From contig CAXXLZ010000002.1 of assembly GCA_963675595.2 (NCBI GenBank), forward strand, positions 2,976,001-3,040,000: a stretch of DNA of 64,000 bases. The letters are read 5' to 3'. The notes beneath the pieces were generated by a model. It was given only the letters and a program-made list of their open reading frames with translations. It was not told the DNA's origin and did no database searches. This DNA is from Thermodesulfobacteriota bacterium. Lineage in GTDB: Bacteria; Desulfobacterota; Desulfarculia; JACQYL01. How positions within the stretch are numbered: position 1 is the stretch's first letter; every line of letters begins with the position of its first letter. Shown here one piece after another: positions 48,376-58,623 of the stretch. A program made the position numbers and the translations under genes.

Positions 48376-49686
48376 CTAGCCGATAGGTCGGCCGTCGCGT
48401 GCGTCCAGCACTCGCTGGGCTTTGCCCTCGGAAGCGGGAATCGATCCTTCCGACAGCAGCTCCACCAGAGGGGTCACCAGAATCTCGTCGCGCAACGATT
48501 CCACCAGCTTCCCTCTCAACCCTTCCTTTTCCTCGGAAGCCAGGGCGTTCGCCTTTTCGGACAGTTCGAGTTGCACATGGATCTGATCCTCCGGCCCCTT
48601 CTTCTCAAGTATGATCCGATAGTTGTTGCCCGACTCCTCGAAGCCCATCAGAACCCGTTCAATCTGCATAGGATAGATGTTCACCCCTTTCACAATGAAC
48701 ATATCGTCGGTTCTGCCCAATATGCGCGAAAGCATTCGGTGGCCCCGGCCGCACGGACAAGGCTCCGGAATCAGGGAAGCCAAGTCTCTAGTCCGATACC
48801 TCAGCAGAGGCATGGCCTCCCTATTCAGAGTGGTCATGACGATCTCTCCCACCTCGCCTTCCGCACAGGGTTCCAGAGACACCGGATCCACGATCTCCAG
48901 GAGATATCGATCCTCCCATAGGTGAAGACCGGTCTTATGAGGACATTCGAAGGCCACCCCCGGTCCGTTCATCTCCGAAAGCCCGTAGGAGTTCACCGCG
49001 AACACCCCGTAGACCTCCTCGATGCGTCGACGCGTCTCTTCCGAATGGGGCTCCGCCCCGATGACGGCGATACGCAAAGATGTATCCTCGCGGGGGTCCA
49101 CCCCCATCTCCTCGAAAGTCTGAATAAGCTTGAGGGCATAGCTCGGAATGATATGAATCACCGTTGTTCCGAAATCCCGCATGAGCGTGATCTGGCGTTT
49201 GCTGTTCCCGGTTCCCGCCGGAATTACCAACGCTCCCAGTTTTTCCGCACCGTAATGCAACCCCAGACCACCCGTGAATAAACCGTATCCGGTCATGTTC
49301 TGAAAAACATCGGACTTACGCATACCGGCCATGTAAAGACATCGCGCCATGGAATCCGCCCAAACCTGCACGTCGTTCCATGTATGGTATACCGCGGTCG
49401 CCGTTCCCGTGGTGCCGGACGATACATGGACCCGAACCAGTTCCTCGTGCGGAACCGCAATCATTCCGTACGGAAAACCCGCACGGAGATCCTCTTTCGT
49501 GGTGAAGGGAAATTTTCGGATGTCGTCAATGGACCGTATATCCTCTTGATCCAGACCTGCCTCTCGAAGCAGTTTCCCGTAAAAGGCGGACTTTTGCGCC
49601 CGCGCGATTTGATCCTTCAAACCGGTTAGCTGCAGGCTCTCAAGGTCGCCTCGTGAAATACATTCCAATTCCTGGTTCCAAAACAT
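48376..49686 (-). CDS. paaK: Phenylacetate-CoA ligase family protein
   Basis: FPFTTKEDLR, SSGTTG, YGLFTGGLG.HYG, GAEP, YGLSEM.GPGV, RYRTRD, GRTDDM. Confidence 0.88.
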   Translation of the reverse strand: MFWNQELECISRGDLESLQLTGLKDQIARAQKSAFYGKLLREAGLDQEDIRSIDDIRKFPFTTKEDLRAGFPYGMIAVPHEELVRVHVSSGTTGTATAVYHTWNDVQVWADSMARCLYMAGMRKSDVFQNMTGYGLFTGGLGLHYGAEKLGALVIPAGTGNSKRQITLMRDFGTTVIHIIPSYALKLIQTFEEMGVDPREDTSLRIAVIGAEPHSEETRRRIEEVYGVFAVNSYGLSEMNGPGVAFECPHKTGLHLWEDRYLLEIVDPVSLEPCAEGEVGEIVMTTLNREAMPLLRYRTRDLASLIPEPCPCGRGHRMLSRILGRTDDMFIVKGVNIYPMQIERVLMGFEESGNNYRIILEKKGPEDQIHVQLELSEKANALASEEKEGLRGKLVESLRDEILVTPLVELLSEGSIPASEGKAQRVLDARDGRPIG

Positions 49687-50026
49687 AAGATTGCACCCTA
49701 TGATGATTATATTTTATGATCGTTAAAAGAAGCCCCGGACCAAACTCTAAGGAAGCGAACGTCCCTCTTGTGGCCGAAAGCCGCCCACAAGGCGGACGAA
49801 ATCGCACGGGGCGCGATCCGACCCATTTCACCGACTTGTTCCCGCTGTATGTGACTCTCCAGGGAAGACCATCGACGGAGTCCTGCCGGGGGGGTTACGG
49901 ACGGAAGGGTCTTTAACAAAACGGCTGTATCCGATCAACCAGAATCGAGACTCCTTCCCAATGAACTACGCCGATCCATCGAGCACCGGTTCGCCGATCC
50001 GGTTTTCGCACTCCGGGTGATTCAGC

Positions 50027-51436
50027 TTGAGCGAACCCACGGAAGCCTTTATCAAGGGCCTTTTCAACGCCCCGATTTCTTTTTCCTCCCTGTTGGATGA
50101 AATCCCTCACGGCATCCTTCTTCTGGACCCGGACAGAAACGCATTGGTCATGAATCGAGCCCTCCAAGGGCTCACCGGTTTCTTCCACACGCCCGTGCGT
50201 CGGCTCCCCTGCGCCCACATCCTCAGGAGCGACATCTGCATCCTGCGTTGTCCCGCTCTGGGCATGGGTCCCGCTTCTTCGGGGGTCTGTCGGGAAGGAA
50301 ATCTGATCAACCGAAACCGACGAAAGATTCCGGTTCGGATCACCCTTTCTCCTCTCAAGACCGAAGACGGCCACACGGCGGGCTTCATGGAAACCGTCGA
50401 AGACCTGAGCCTGTTGAGAGAAATGGGTGATCAACACGCCGAGGAGGGGCGCATCCAAGGACTCATCGGCCAGAGTCCGGAGATGAAGCGCATCTTGAAC
50501 ATGGTGCCGGCGGTGGCCCAGACCGACTCCTCGGTATTGATCACCGGCGAAACGGGCACCGGCAAAGATCTGGTGGCGGAAGCCCTGCATCGGTCGTCGT
50601 CGAGGGCCAAAGGCCCGTTCATCAAGGTGAACTGCGGCGCGCTGCCGGAGACATTGCTGGAGTCCGAGCTCTTCGGTCACAAAAAGGGGGCCTTCACCGG
50701 CGCTGTGGACAACAAACCGGGCCGGTTCAAGCTCGCTCATAACGGAACCCTGTTTCTCACCGAGATCGGGGACCTGCCCCTGAATCTTCAGGTCAAGCTC
50801 TTGACCTTTCTTGACGACCGGATGATTCATCCATTGGGAAGCTCATCCGGATTTCAGGCGGACGTTCGTGTGATCGCCGCCACCCATAGAAATCTGGAGG
50901 CCATGGTCCGTGAAGACCGCTTCCGCAGGGACCTGTTGTATCGTCTCAATGTGGTCCGCATCGAGCTCCCGCCCCTACGCCGCCGAGGAGAGGATCTTCG
51001 GGTTCTCCTGGATCACTTCCTGGTGACGTTCTCCCGGAAATTCAACAAACGGATTCGGACCTACTCGGGCGAGTCCCTGGAAGTACTGACCCGCTTTCCC
51101 TATCCGGGCAATGTCCGGGAACTCCGTAACATGGTGGAATACGCAGTGAACGTCTGCGACACCGAGCAAATCGACGTGCGACATCTTCCTTCTTACATCC
51201 TGGAAGAGCAGACGGAGACGCGCCTTCAGAATCGGGAGGACAAAACTGCCTCCCCCACCCTTCTGGTCGGCCCTTCCCAGTCGATGGATCAAGTGAGCTG
51301 GGCGGGAATGGAAAGACGAATGATCCTCGAAGCCCTCGTACGCGCCAAGGGGCGAAAGGGAAGAGCGGCCGACCTATTGGGGTGGGGGCGCAGCACGCTC
51401 TGGCGCAAAATGAAGGAGCACGGCATTGAGTCTTGA
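50027..51436 (+). CDS. Sigma54-dependent activator (PAS-AAA+-Fis HTH)
   Basis: GETGTGK, ESELFGH.KGAFTGA, FRRDLLYRLNV, YPGNVREL, LGWGRSTLWRK. Confidence 0.92.
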   Translation: MSEPTEAFIKGLFNAPISFSSLLDEIPHGILLLDPDRNALVMNRALQGLTGFFHTPVRRLPCAHILRSDICILRCPALGMGPASSGVCREGNLINRNRRKIPVRITLSPLKTEDGHTAGFMETVEDLSLLREMGDQHAEEGRIQGLIGQSPEMKRILNMVPAVAQTDSSVLITGETGTGKDLVAEALHRSSSRAKGPFIKVNCGALPETLLESELFGHKKGAFTGAVDNKPGRFKLAHNGTLFLTEIGDLPLNLQVKLLTFLDDRMIHPLGSSSGFQADVRVIAATHRNLEAMVREDRFRRDLLYRLNVVRIELPPLRRRGEDLRVLLDHFLVTFSRKFNKRIRTYSGESLEVLTRFPYPGNVRELRNMVEYAVNVCDTEQIDVRHLPSYILEEQTETRLQNREDKTASPTLLVGPSQSMDQVSWAGMERRMILEALVRAKGRKGRAADLLGWGRSTLWRKMKEHGIES

Positions 51437-51470
51437 CAAAAGGGTATACTTACAGGAGCTGATTTGGTAG

Positions 51471-51827
51471 ATGGATGGGTTGAGAGAAAAGGTTCACAAA
51501 GTTCTGATTCCTCTATTCGGCGACGACGTCGCCCCAAGATTCGATCTGGTTAATGAGGCCCTCATCGTAATTCTTGGACCCGACGGCGAAGTTCGCGACC
51601 ATAGAACCGTTCTCCTGGCAAGGGCGTCCGCGGAAGACCTATGCCACCTCATCCTCACGGACGGAGTGGAGGTGGTCATTTGCGGCGGCATCGAAGAGGA
51701 ATACGCTCAATATCTTTCTTGGAAGAAGGCCCGGGTGGTGGATTCCGTCATGGGGCCATGGAACAGGGTGTTGGATCGATACCGCCAAGGGCGACTCAAA
51801 TCCGGGGACGTTCTTTTTGAACCCTAA
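51471..51827 (+). CDS. NifB/NifX-family (FeMo-co binding fold) small protein
   Basis: VAPRFD, VEVVICGGI. Confidence 0.7.
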   Translation: MDGLREKVHKVLIPLFGDDVAPRFDLVNEALIVILGPDGEVRDHRTVLLARASAEDLCHLILTDGVEVVICGGIEEEYAQYLSWKKARVVDSVMGPWNRVLDRYRQGRLKSGDVLFEP

Positions 51828-51841
51828 GCGGGCGACGTGAT

Positions 51842-53566
51842 ATGGGACTGGCGAACTGGTTTAGACAAAGGGCCGGCTCATTGCTCCGATTCCCTTCGGA
51901 AGGTTCTTCTCCGGAGCGTTACAGCATTCTCCGACGCAACATGATGATCATGATGCTCGTGGTCACCATCGTCCCTTTGTGCCTCATGGCCGCCGTGAAC
52001 TATGTGGAATATCAGAAGGCTCTGAAAGCGGAAATCCTCTCTCCCCTGAAAGCCCTGCTCAACAAAACCAAGCACTCCTTCGAACTGTTTCTCACGGAAC
52101 GCACTTCAGCAGTCAGTTTCATCGCCTCCGCCTATCCGTATAGCGAACTGGAACGTGAAGCGAACCTGGCCCGAATCTTCACGGTGATGCGCGAAGAATT
52201 CGGCGGATTCGTGGATCTGGGCCTCATCGATGACAACGGAATCCAGGTCAGTTATTCCGGACCGTATCAACTTCGCGGAAAAGATTACTCCGAGCAGACT
52301 TGGTTCCAGGAAGTCCAGCTTCGCGGCGTGTACACCAGCGAAGTCTTCCTGGGATATCGACATTTCCCTCACATCGTCATCGCCGTCCATCACCCTTGCG
52401 ATTCCAGTCGCTGCTGGACGGTTCGAGCCACGATCAACACGGAAAAGTTCGACACGCTCATCGCTTCCATGGGCCTGGAGCCCGAAAGCGACGCGTTTCT
52501 GGTGAATCGTGACGGAATCCTTCAGACCCCCTCCAAGTATTACGGAAAGGTCCTCGATACCATTCCCATGCCCATGCCGCCCGTGTCCTTTACTCCCAAC
52601 GTGGTGGAACTGACGGATCCGGCCGGCAGGGACCTGATGCAGGGATACGTTCACTTCATTTCTCCGGCTTATGTGCTGATGGTACTCAAGCCCAAAACCG
52701 AAGTGCTCAAGAACTGGTACGCGCTCAAGAGCGAGATTCTCTTCCTTTTCGTCACCGGCGTGGTGTCCGTGTTCTTCCTCGTATTCACTCTCACCAACCT
52801 GTTGGTGAAACGAGTCCAGGAATCGGACGAAAAGCGGGAGGCGGCCTTCCGAGAGATGGAGCACACGCACAAACTCTCTTCCATCGGACGTCTGGCGGCG
52901 GGGGTCGCTCATGAAATCAACAACCCATTGGCCATCATCAACGAGAAGACCGGACTCATGAAGGACCTCTTGCAGTTCACGGAAGACTTCCCCCAGCGGG
53001 AGAAATTTCTGGGATTGGTGGAAGCGATCCTCAAGTCCGTGAATCGATGCCGGGGTGTCACCCACCGTCTACTGGGTTTTGCAAAGCGCATGGAGGTCAG
53101 TGTCGAGATTCTGGACATCAACGACGTGGTGCGCGAGGTCTTGGGCTTCCTCGAAAAGGAAGCGCTCTATCGCAACATTGAAGTGATTCTTGAGCTCAAG
53201 GAAGACGTTCCCCGCATTTCTTCCGACCGAGGTCAACTGCAGCAGGTGTTTTTGAACATTCTCAACAACAGCTTCGCCGCGGTTGAAGACGGCGGGAAAG
53301 TAACGGTGAGAACCTGGGACGACCGGACCTATCTGAACGTTGCCTTCGAGGACAACGGTTGCGGAATGTCCGAGGAAACCCAGAAACATATTTTCGAACC
53401 CTTTTTCACCACCAAGAAGACCCACGGCACGGGGCTCGGTCTTTCCATCACCTACGGGATCGTGCGCAAGTTAGGGGGCCAGCTGGAAGTGAAAAGTCAG
53501 GAAGGAATCGGAACCACGTTCACGATACATTTTTCGAAAACGCCTGTATCCGGCCAGGGAGATTGA
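51842..53566 (+). CDS. Membrane sensor histidine kinase (Cache-like extracytoplasmic domain)
   Basis: Two TM helices; AAGVAHEINNPL, QQVFLNI..N, DNGCG, FEPFFTTK, GTGLGLS. Confidence 0.93.
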   Translation: MGLANWFRQRAGSLLRFPSEGSSPERYSILRRNMMIMMLVVTIVPLCLMAAVNYVEYQKALKAEILSPLKALLNKTKHSFELFLTERTSAVSFIASAYPYSELEREANLARIFTVMREEFGGFVDLGLIDDNGIQVSYSGPYQLRGKDYSEQTWFQEVQLRGVYTSEVFLGYRHFPHIVIAVHHPCDSSRCWTVRATINTEKFDTLIASMGLEPESDAFLVNRDGILQTPSKYYGKVLDTIPMPMPPVSFTPNVVELTDPAGRDLMQGYVHFISPAYVLMVLKPKTEVLKNWYALKSEILFLFVTGVVSVFFLVFTLTNLLVKRVQESDEKREAAFREMEHTHKLSSIGRLAAGVAHEINNPLAIINEKTGLMKDLLQFTEDFPQREKFLGLVEAILKSVNRCRGVTHRLLGFAKRMEVSVEILDINDVVREVLGFLEKEALYRNIEVILELKEDVPRISSDRGQLQQVFLNILNNSFAAVEDGGKVTVRTWDDRTYLNVAFEDNGCGMSEETQKHIFEPFFTTKKTHGTGLGLSITYGIVRKLGGQLEVKSQEGIGTTFTIHFSKTPVSGQGD

Positions 53567-53567
53567 C

Positions 53568-53945
53568 ATGGGAGAGATCAACCTGCTGCTCGTTGATGAT
53601 GAGGCGGAATTTGTTTCCACCTTGGCGGAACGATTATCTTTTCGGGGAATCGATGTGCGCACGGCGCAAGATGGTGAAGAGGCCCTCAGACTCACGGCGG
53701 AAGAAGTCCCCCAAGTGGTGGTGCTCGACGTGATGATGCCCGGACTGGGAGGGCTGGAAGTCCTCAAACGCATGAAGTCCCAATATCCCGAGTTGCCCGT
53801 GATTCTGCTCACCGGTCACGCCTCCGCCGGCGACGGAGAGGCCGGGTTGCGCTACGGCGCTTTCGACTATCTGATTAAGCCTTTGGATATCGACGTTCTC
53901 CTCACCAAGATCCGGGAAGCGGTGAAAAAACCGTCCCAAACTTGA
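53568..53945 (+). CDS. Single-domain response regulator
   Basis: LLVDDE, VLDVMMPG, LTGH, YLIKP. Confidence 0.92.
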   Translation: MGEINLLLVDDEAEFVSTLAERLSFRGIDVRTAQDGEEALRLTAEEVPQVVVLDVMMPGLGGLEVLKRMKSQYPELPVILLTGHASAGDGEAGLRYGAFDYLIKPLDIDVLLTKIREAVKKPSQT

Positions 53946-54644
53946 TTGGACAAAAAGGAAGCAGCATTGAAAGAATCCGAAGCTCGCGAAGTCGCTTTTT
54001 ACGGAAGAATCACCGCAGGGGTGACTCATGAATTCCGAAACGTTCTCGCCATCATCCGGGAGTCGGCGGGGCTCCTGCAGGACCTGTTGTGTCTATGTGA
54101 TGCCGACTCCTTGAAGCATCGGGATAAATGGGAAACCTCTCTAACCAGAATATCTCAGCAAGTGGACCGAGGCACGACCTTGGCGGACCGGCTCAACCGG
54201 TTTGCGCATTCTCCCGATTTGCCTGTGGCTCAGCTCGATTTGGTCGACGTCCTGGATGAAATTCTATTCCTCAGCCGGCGTTTCGCTCGCGGCCACCTCG
54301 TGGACCTGACCTATCACCCCAACGGTACGGGGGCTCCCCTCAATCTGACGGGGGAAGCGCCTCGCGTGTTCATGGCCTTGTTCGGGTGCATCGAATACGC
54401 GGTTCGACACATTTCCGGAGGAGGGACCGTGTCCGTGGAGACGGCAACGGACGGCAAACGCCATTCCATTCGATTTCACTGTGTGCCCGCCGAATCTCAG
54501 GGGGAAACCAGTGGCGCCGCGCCGTTCGATGAAGAGGAATGGCGGGTGCTGCAAGGCTTGTTCGAGGGATTGGGAGGAGAAGTGGAATCCGGGAACGGGG
54601 GGTCCGAACTGGTCTGCCGGATACCGGCGCGTGCCGGGAGCTGA
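53946..54644 (+). CDS. Degenerate histidine kinase-like protein
   Basis: H-box GVTHEFRNVLA is retained; no recognisable N/G1/F/G2 boxes. Confidence 0.7.
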   Translation: MDKKEAALKESEAREVAFYGRITAGVTHEFRNVLAIIRESAGLLQDLLCLCDADSLKHRDKWETSLTRISQQVDRGTTLADRLNRFAHSPDLPVAQLDLVDVLDEILFLSRRFARGHLVDLTYHPNGTGAPLNLTGEAPRVFMALFGCIEYAVRHISGGGTVSVETATDGKRHSIRFHCVPAESQGETSGAAPFDEEEWRVLQGLFEGLGGEVESGNGGSELVCRIPARAGS

Positions 54645-54652
54645 AACCACGC

Positions 54653-54778
54653 TGTTTCGAATTGTCTCATTTTGATACGCCATAATTGTTTCATTATGTT
54701 TTGATCCGCCCACGGCTTCTTCCTGCCCGACCTAACTGATTGATATCATTTCCATGCTCCTTTGGCACCGTCCTTGCT
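54653..54778 (+). promoter_or_regulatory. Sigma54 promoter with IHF site and candidate upstream activator sites
   Basis: TGGCACC-GTCC-TTGCT (54763-54778, GG-N10-GC). TAACTGATTGATA (54733-54745) matches WATCAANNNNTTR on the minus strand. TGTCTCA-TTT-TGATAC and related TGTTTC motifs at 54653-54700. Confidence 0.75.
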
Positions 54779-55015
54779 CTACTACCGGAAAACTCTTCCC
54801 CAAGGAGCACTCCAGAAGATGCTCGGAAACCATCTTCCTTCGGGTTTCGTCTCGGCCGAGGTATTCGCGGCCTGTTTTTCAGCGGGCTTTGGCCGGCGCC
54901 TTCTTCCCGGGGCCGGACCCAAGGCCGGCCTCATGGATTGCCACGTTCCGGCTCGTCATGCACGGGTCCGCTTCACCGGCGACCCGACGTCACCGAGCGG
55001 GGGGAGTTGACGGCC

Positions 55016-55378
55016 ATGTCCCACACGGTGTTGATCGTCGAACCGGCGGATCTGCTCCGCACAAGACTTACCGAGTTGCTGCGCCCGGAGGGATACCGAC
55101 TCCTCGAAGCGTGCGGCGTGGCCGAAAGCGAAGGATTCTTCGAGCGAGAAACCGTGCGGGTGGCGATCCTGGATTTGGTGGAACTCAAACACGACGGAGT
55201 AACCTTGCTCAAATGGATCAAACGATGCTATCCCGACACCCGGGTAGTCCTGTTGAACAGCATTCAGTCCCTCGCCCTTTCCATGGAGGCCATGAACTCG
55301 GGGGCTTTTGACGAAGTCATGATGCCCTTCGACCGGGAGTTGCTCCTGGATCGCGTGAGGGAGGCCGCCTCGGTTTGA
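55016..55378 (+). CDS. Atypical receiver-domain protein
   Basis: Receiver fold with ILD kept, but VEP in place of the acidic pair and MMPF in place of KP. Confidence 0.7.
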   Translation: MSHTVLIVEPADLLRTRLTELLRPEGYRLLEACGVAESEGFFERETVRVAILDLVELKHDGVTLLKWIKRCYPDTRVVLLNSIQSLALSMEAMNSGAFDEVMMPFDRELLLDRVREAASV

Positions 55379-55498
55379 TGGGCCTCCAAGACCTGAACGG
55401 GTGAAGGGACGGACCGCACAGGCAGGGCAAGAAACAGCCACGGCAATAGAGAGAACACTCGAAAACGAGAACAGGATTAGACATAAGGAGAGGGAACC

Positions 55499-55927
55499 AT
55501 GGCCATTCGCGTTCTGCTGGTGGATGACGAAGAGGAATTCGTGAAGTCGCTCGCTCAGCGACTTGAAGTCAGAGACTTTGAGGTCCAGGCCCTGCTCAAC
55601 GGCGACGACGCCGTCTCCTGGCTCCATGAGCACGACGCCGACGTCGTGATCCTCGATGTTCTGATGCCGGGCAAAGACGGCATCGACACGCTGCGCGACA
55701 TCAAACAGCTCAAGCCTCTCGTGGAAGTCATCATGCTGACCGGTCACGGCACCGTTCAGACGGGCATCCAGGGGATGAAGCTGGGAGCGTACGATTACCT
55801 CATGAAGCCCACGGACATGCAGGAACTGGTGGACAAGATCAACGCGGCCAATGCGCGAAAGTCCGATCAGGAGAAAAGAATCCAGGAAGCCGAAATTCAA
55901 CACATCATGAAAACCAAGGGCTGGTAG
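55499..55927 (+). CDS. Single-domain response regulator
   Basis: LLVDDE, ILDVLMPG, MLTGHG, YLMKP. Confidence 0.92.
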   Translation: MAIRVLLVDDEEEFVKSLAQRLEVRDFEVQALLNGDDAVSWLHEHDADVVILDVLMPGKDGIDTLRDIKQLKPLVEVIMLTGHGTVQTGIQGMKLGAYDYLMKPTDMQELVDKINAANARKSDQEKRIQEAEIQHIMKTKGW

Positions 55928-56157
55928 TAGGCCGGGGCGCTTTCCGGTTCCGCAGTCGACCTCCGGACCGTTGACCGACATCGGTTTGCGTCCCGTTATG
56001 GCCCATGGGTCCGAACAAAGGTTGAAAAGGTTCTTTCAGCCGCTTTGTAGGATCCAACGCACGGGGAGTTCACAGGGGCCGTCGCACGCACCGACCCGAA
56101 TGTCGGGAACGGGCGGAGGCCGTCCGGCTTCGACCTATTCCATCAGGGAGAATCAAA

Positions 56158-56712
56158 GTGATTGATATCCGGATTAAAGAACTCATGGTTCCAGTGGCTC
56201 AGTATGCCACCATCGACGAAGACGCCACTCTCTACGACGCGGTCGTCGCTCTCGAAGAAGCCCAAAATCGCTACGATCAGTCCAAGTACGTGCACAGGGC
56301 GCTCTTGGTCTTCGGCAAAAACAAACGAATCGTAGGGAAACTCAGTCAGTTGGACATGATTCGAGGCCTCGAGCCGAAATACGATCAGATCGTGGATTCC
56401 AGCCAGCTTTCAAGGTTCGGAATGACCAAATCCTATCTCGAATCCATCCTCAAAGGACACGAGCTTTGGCAGAAGCCCTTGAGCGATCTTTGTCGCAAGG
56501 CCGGCAACATCAAAGTCAAGGACATCATGCACAAACCCACGGAGTCCGAACACATCGACGAAGACGCCACTCTGGACCGGGCCACGCATGTCTTTATCGC
56601 AGGGTGTCACCAGTCGCTCCTGGTGACCCGCAACGGTGAGATCGTCGGGATTCTCCGACTCACCGACCTCTTCGATAAGGTCAGCGCCATGGTCAAGGCT
56701 TGCGCATTATGA
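56158..56712 (+). CDS. CBS-domain protein
   Basis: IKELMVP..YATIDEDATL, VKDIM, IVGILRLTD. Confidence 0.8.
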   Translation: MIDIRIKELMVPVAQYATIDEDATLYDAVVALEEAQNRYDQSKYVHRALLVFGKNKRIVGKLSQLDMIRGLEPKYDQIVDSSQLSRFGMTKSYLESILKGHELWQKPLSDLCRKAGNIKVKDIMHKPTESEHIDEDATLDRATHVFIAGCHQSLLVTRNGEIVGILRLTDLFDKVSAMVKACAL

Positions 56713-56762
56713 TTTAAACCCGCTCCGAAAGCGAATCCCGGACGGCGAAAAGGAGTAGATCC

Positions 56763-58241
56763 ATGAGCGCTGATGCGGCATCCTTAGAACGTAAAACCAT
56801 CGATCTGAAACGCATACTCTTTCTCCTGTTGGGTGTGGCCCTTTTCACGGGCTTCTACCTGGCTCCACCCTTCCCGGACGCCGTGGACCCCATGGGAGAG
56901 CATTTTGCTCTCAGCAGGGAAGCCAAAGGGGCTTTGGCGGTATTTCTCCTTGCCGGCACTTGGTGGGTCTTCGAAGTGGTCCCCATTGGAGTCACGAGTC
57001 TGGCCATCGGCGTACTCCAGGCTCTCTTTCTGATCCGCCCGGCGAAAGAAGCCTTCAAAGACTTCATGGATCCTTCGGTCCTGTTCATCTTCGCCTCCGT
57101 CGTGGTGGGCACCGTCTTCACCAAGACGGGACTCACCAAGCGCTTGGCCTACAAGATGCTGGCCATCGTCGGAGAGAAGACGAGCATGATCTATCTCGGC
57201 TGCTTTCTGGTGACCGCCCTGCTGACCCACATCATGGCCCACACCGCCGTGGCCGCCACCATGTATCCCCTCCTCCTCACCGTCTATTCCCTTTACGGAG
57301 CGGACAACAAACCGACCAAGTTCGGTAAGGGCCTGTTCATCGGTATGGCCTATGTGGCGGGAGCGGGTAGTATCGTCACTCTTCTCGGGGCGGCCCGAGG
57401 CGCGGTGGCCATCGGTTTCTTCAAGGATATCATGGCAAGAGAAATCAGCTTCTTCGAGCTCACCTATTACATGTTTCCCGTGGGCTGGATCATGGTGTTC
57501 GTGCTCTGGGGATTCTTCATGGTCTTCTTCAAGCCGGAGAAAGCGGTCATTCCCGGCCTTCGAGAGCGAGCCAAAGCGCTCAATAAGGACCTGGGTCCCA
57601 TCACCCGTCAGGAAATTCTCGCCGCAGTCATCGTGGGCCTCATGATTCTGACCATGTCCCTGCGATCATTCATCCCGGCGCTGAAGCCGATAGACAAGAC
57701 GGCGATCATCCTGATCTCCACGATTCTATTCTACATCTTCCGCATCCTGGATCTGAATGATCTGGAGGAGATTCCCTGGAACATCATCCTGCTCTTTTCC
57801 GGCGCCATGAGCATCGGGTTCTGCCTCTGGGAAACCGGCGCCGCCAAGTGGCTCGCGGTGAACTGGCTCGTCATGTTCCAGAAAGCCAACTGGTTCGTCT
57901 TCGTCATGAGCATCGCGTTCTTCGTCATGATCATGACCAACTTCATCATGAACGTGGCCGCCATTGCCATATCCATTCCGGTGGCGCTGGTCATCGCCCC
58001 CTACCTGGGGGTTGCGGCGGAGGTCATCCTTTTCGCCGCACTGGTAACCGCGGGGATGCCCTTCCTTCTCCTGGTGGGTGCCGCCCCCAATGCCATCGCG
58101 TACAATTCGGGCCAATTCACCAGCGGCGAGTTCTTCAAGTACGGTGTTCCGGCCAGTATCCTGCTCATGATTCTCGTGGGCGTGGCCGCCTTGATTATTT
58201 GGCCTCTCATGGGCATGCCGGTGACCATACCCAAACCCTGA
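56763..58241 (+). CDS. SLC13/DASS-family anion permease
   Basis: WWVFEVVPIGVT, TGLTKRLA, IPWNIILLFSG, GAAPNAIAY; many TM helices. Confidence 0.88.
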   Translation: MSADAASLERKTIDLKRILFLLLGVALFTGFYLAPPFPDAVDPMGEHFALSREAKGALAVFLLAGTWWVFEVVPIGVTSLAIGVLQALFLIRPAKEAFKDFMDPSVLFIFASVVVGTVFTKTGLTKRLAYKMLAIVGEKTSMIYLGCFLVTALLTHIMAHTAVAATMYPLLLTVYSLYGADNKPTKFGKGLFIGMAYVAGAGSIVTLLGAARGAVAIGFFKDIMAREISFFELTYYMFPVGWIMVFVLWGFFMVFFKPEKAVIPGLRERAKALNKDLGPITRQEILAAVIVGLMILTMSLRSFIPALKPIDKTAIILISTILFYIFRILDLNDLEEIPWNIILLFSGAMSIGFCLWETGAAKWLAVNWLVMFQKANWFVFVMSIAFFVMIMTNFIMNVAAIAISIPVALVIAPYLGVAAEVILFAALVTAGMPFLLLVGAAPNAIAYNSGQFTSGEFFKYGVPASILLMILVGVAALIIWPLMGMPVTIPKP

Positions 58242-58310
58242 TTCACCCATGAAACGGGAGGGCGGTTTCTTTCCATCCGCCCCTCCACACATCCGACGAG
58301 GCTTTCCCCA

Positions 58311-58346
58311 AAAAAACGGCGGACTTCGGGAATTCCCGAAGTCCGC
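58311..58346 (-). terminator. Terminator between the convergent SLC13 and csp genes
   Basis: 28-bp palindrome GCGGACTTCGGGAATTCCCGAAGTCCGC (58319-58346) with a T-run on the minus strand. Confidence 0.7.
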
Positions 58347-58422
58347 TCCATTTTCAGCCGTCGCCTCCCCCCGACTCAAGGGCCGGGGCGTGCATCGGAA
58401 GGGGAAGCGGCCGGCCTTTGAA

Positions 58423-58623
58423 TCAAACCTTTCTCACCTCTTTCGCCACCGGCCCCTTTTCCGTTTCACCCATGACAAAGGACACTCGATCACCCTCCGC
58501 AAGCGTCCTATAGCCCTGCATGTCGATCGAAGTGTGATGCACGAACAGGTCGGGACCCCCGTCCTGGCTGATGAAGCCATAGCCTTTGTCATTCCGAAAC
58601 CATTTTACGATACCTTCCGGCAA
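58423..58623 (-). CDS. Cold-shock protein (CspA family)
   Basis: GIVKWF, KGYGFI (RNP1), LFVHH (RNP2). TTG start after GGGAGG. Confidence 0.93.
   Translation of the reverse strand: MPEGIVKWFRNDKGYGFISQDGGPDLFVHHTSIDMQGYRTLAEGDRVSFVMGETEKGPVAKEVRKV

Noticed and set aside
51471-51827. Nitrogen fixation locus
   Set aside because: A NifX-like fold alone is widespread; no nifHDK in the window.
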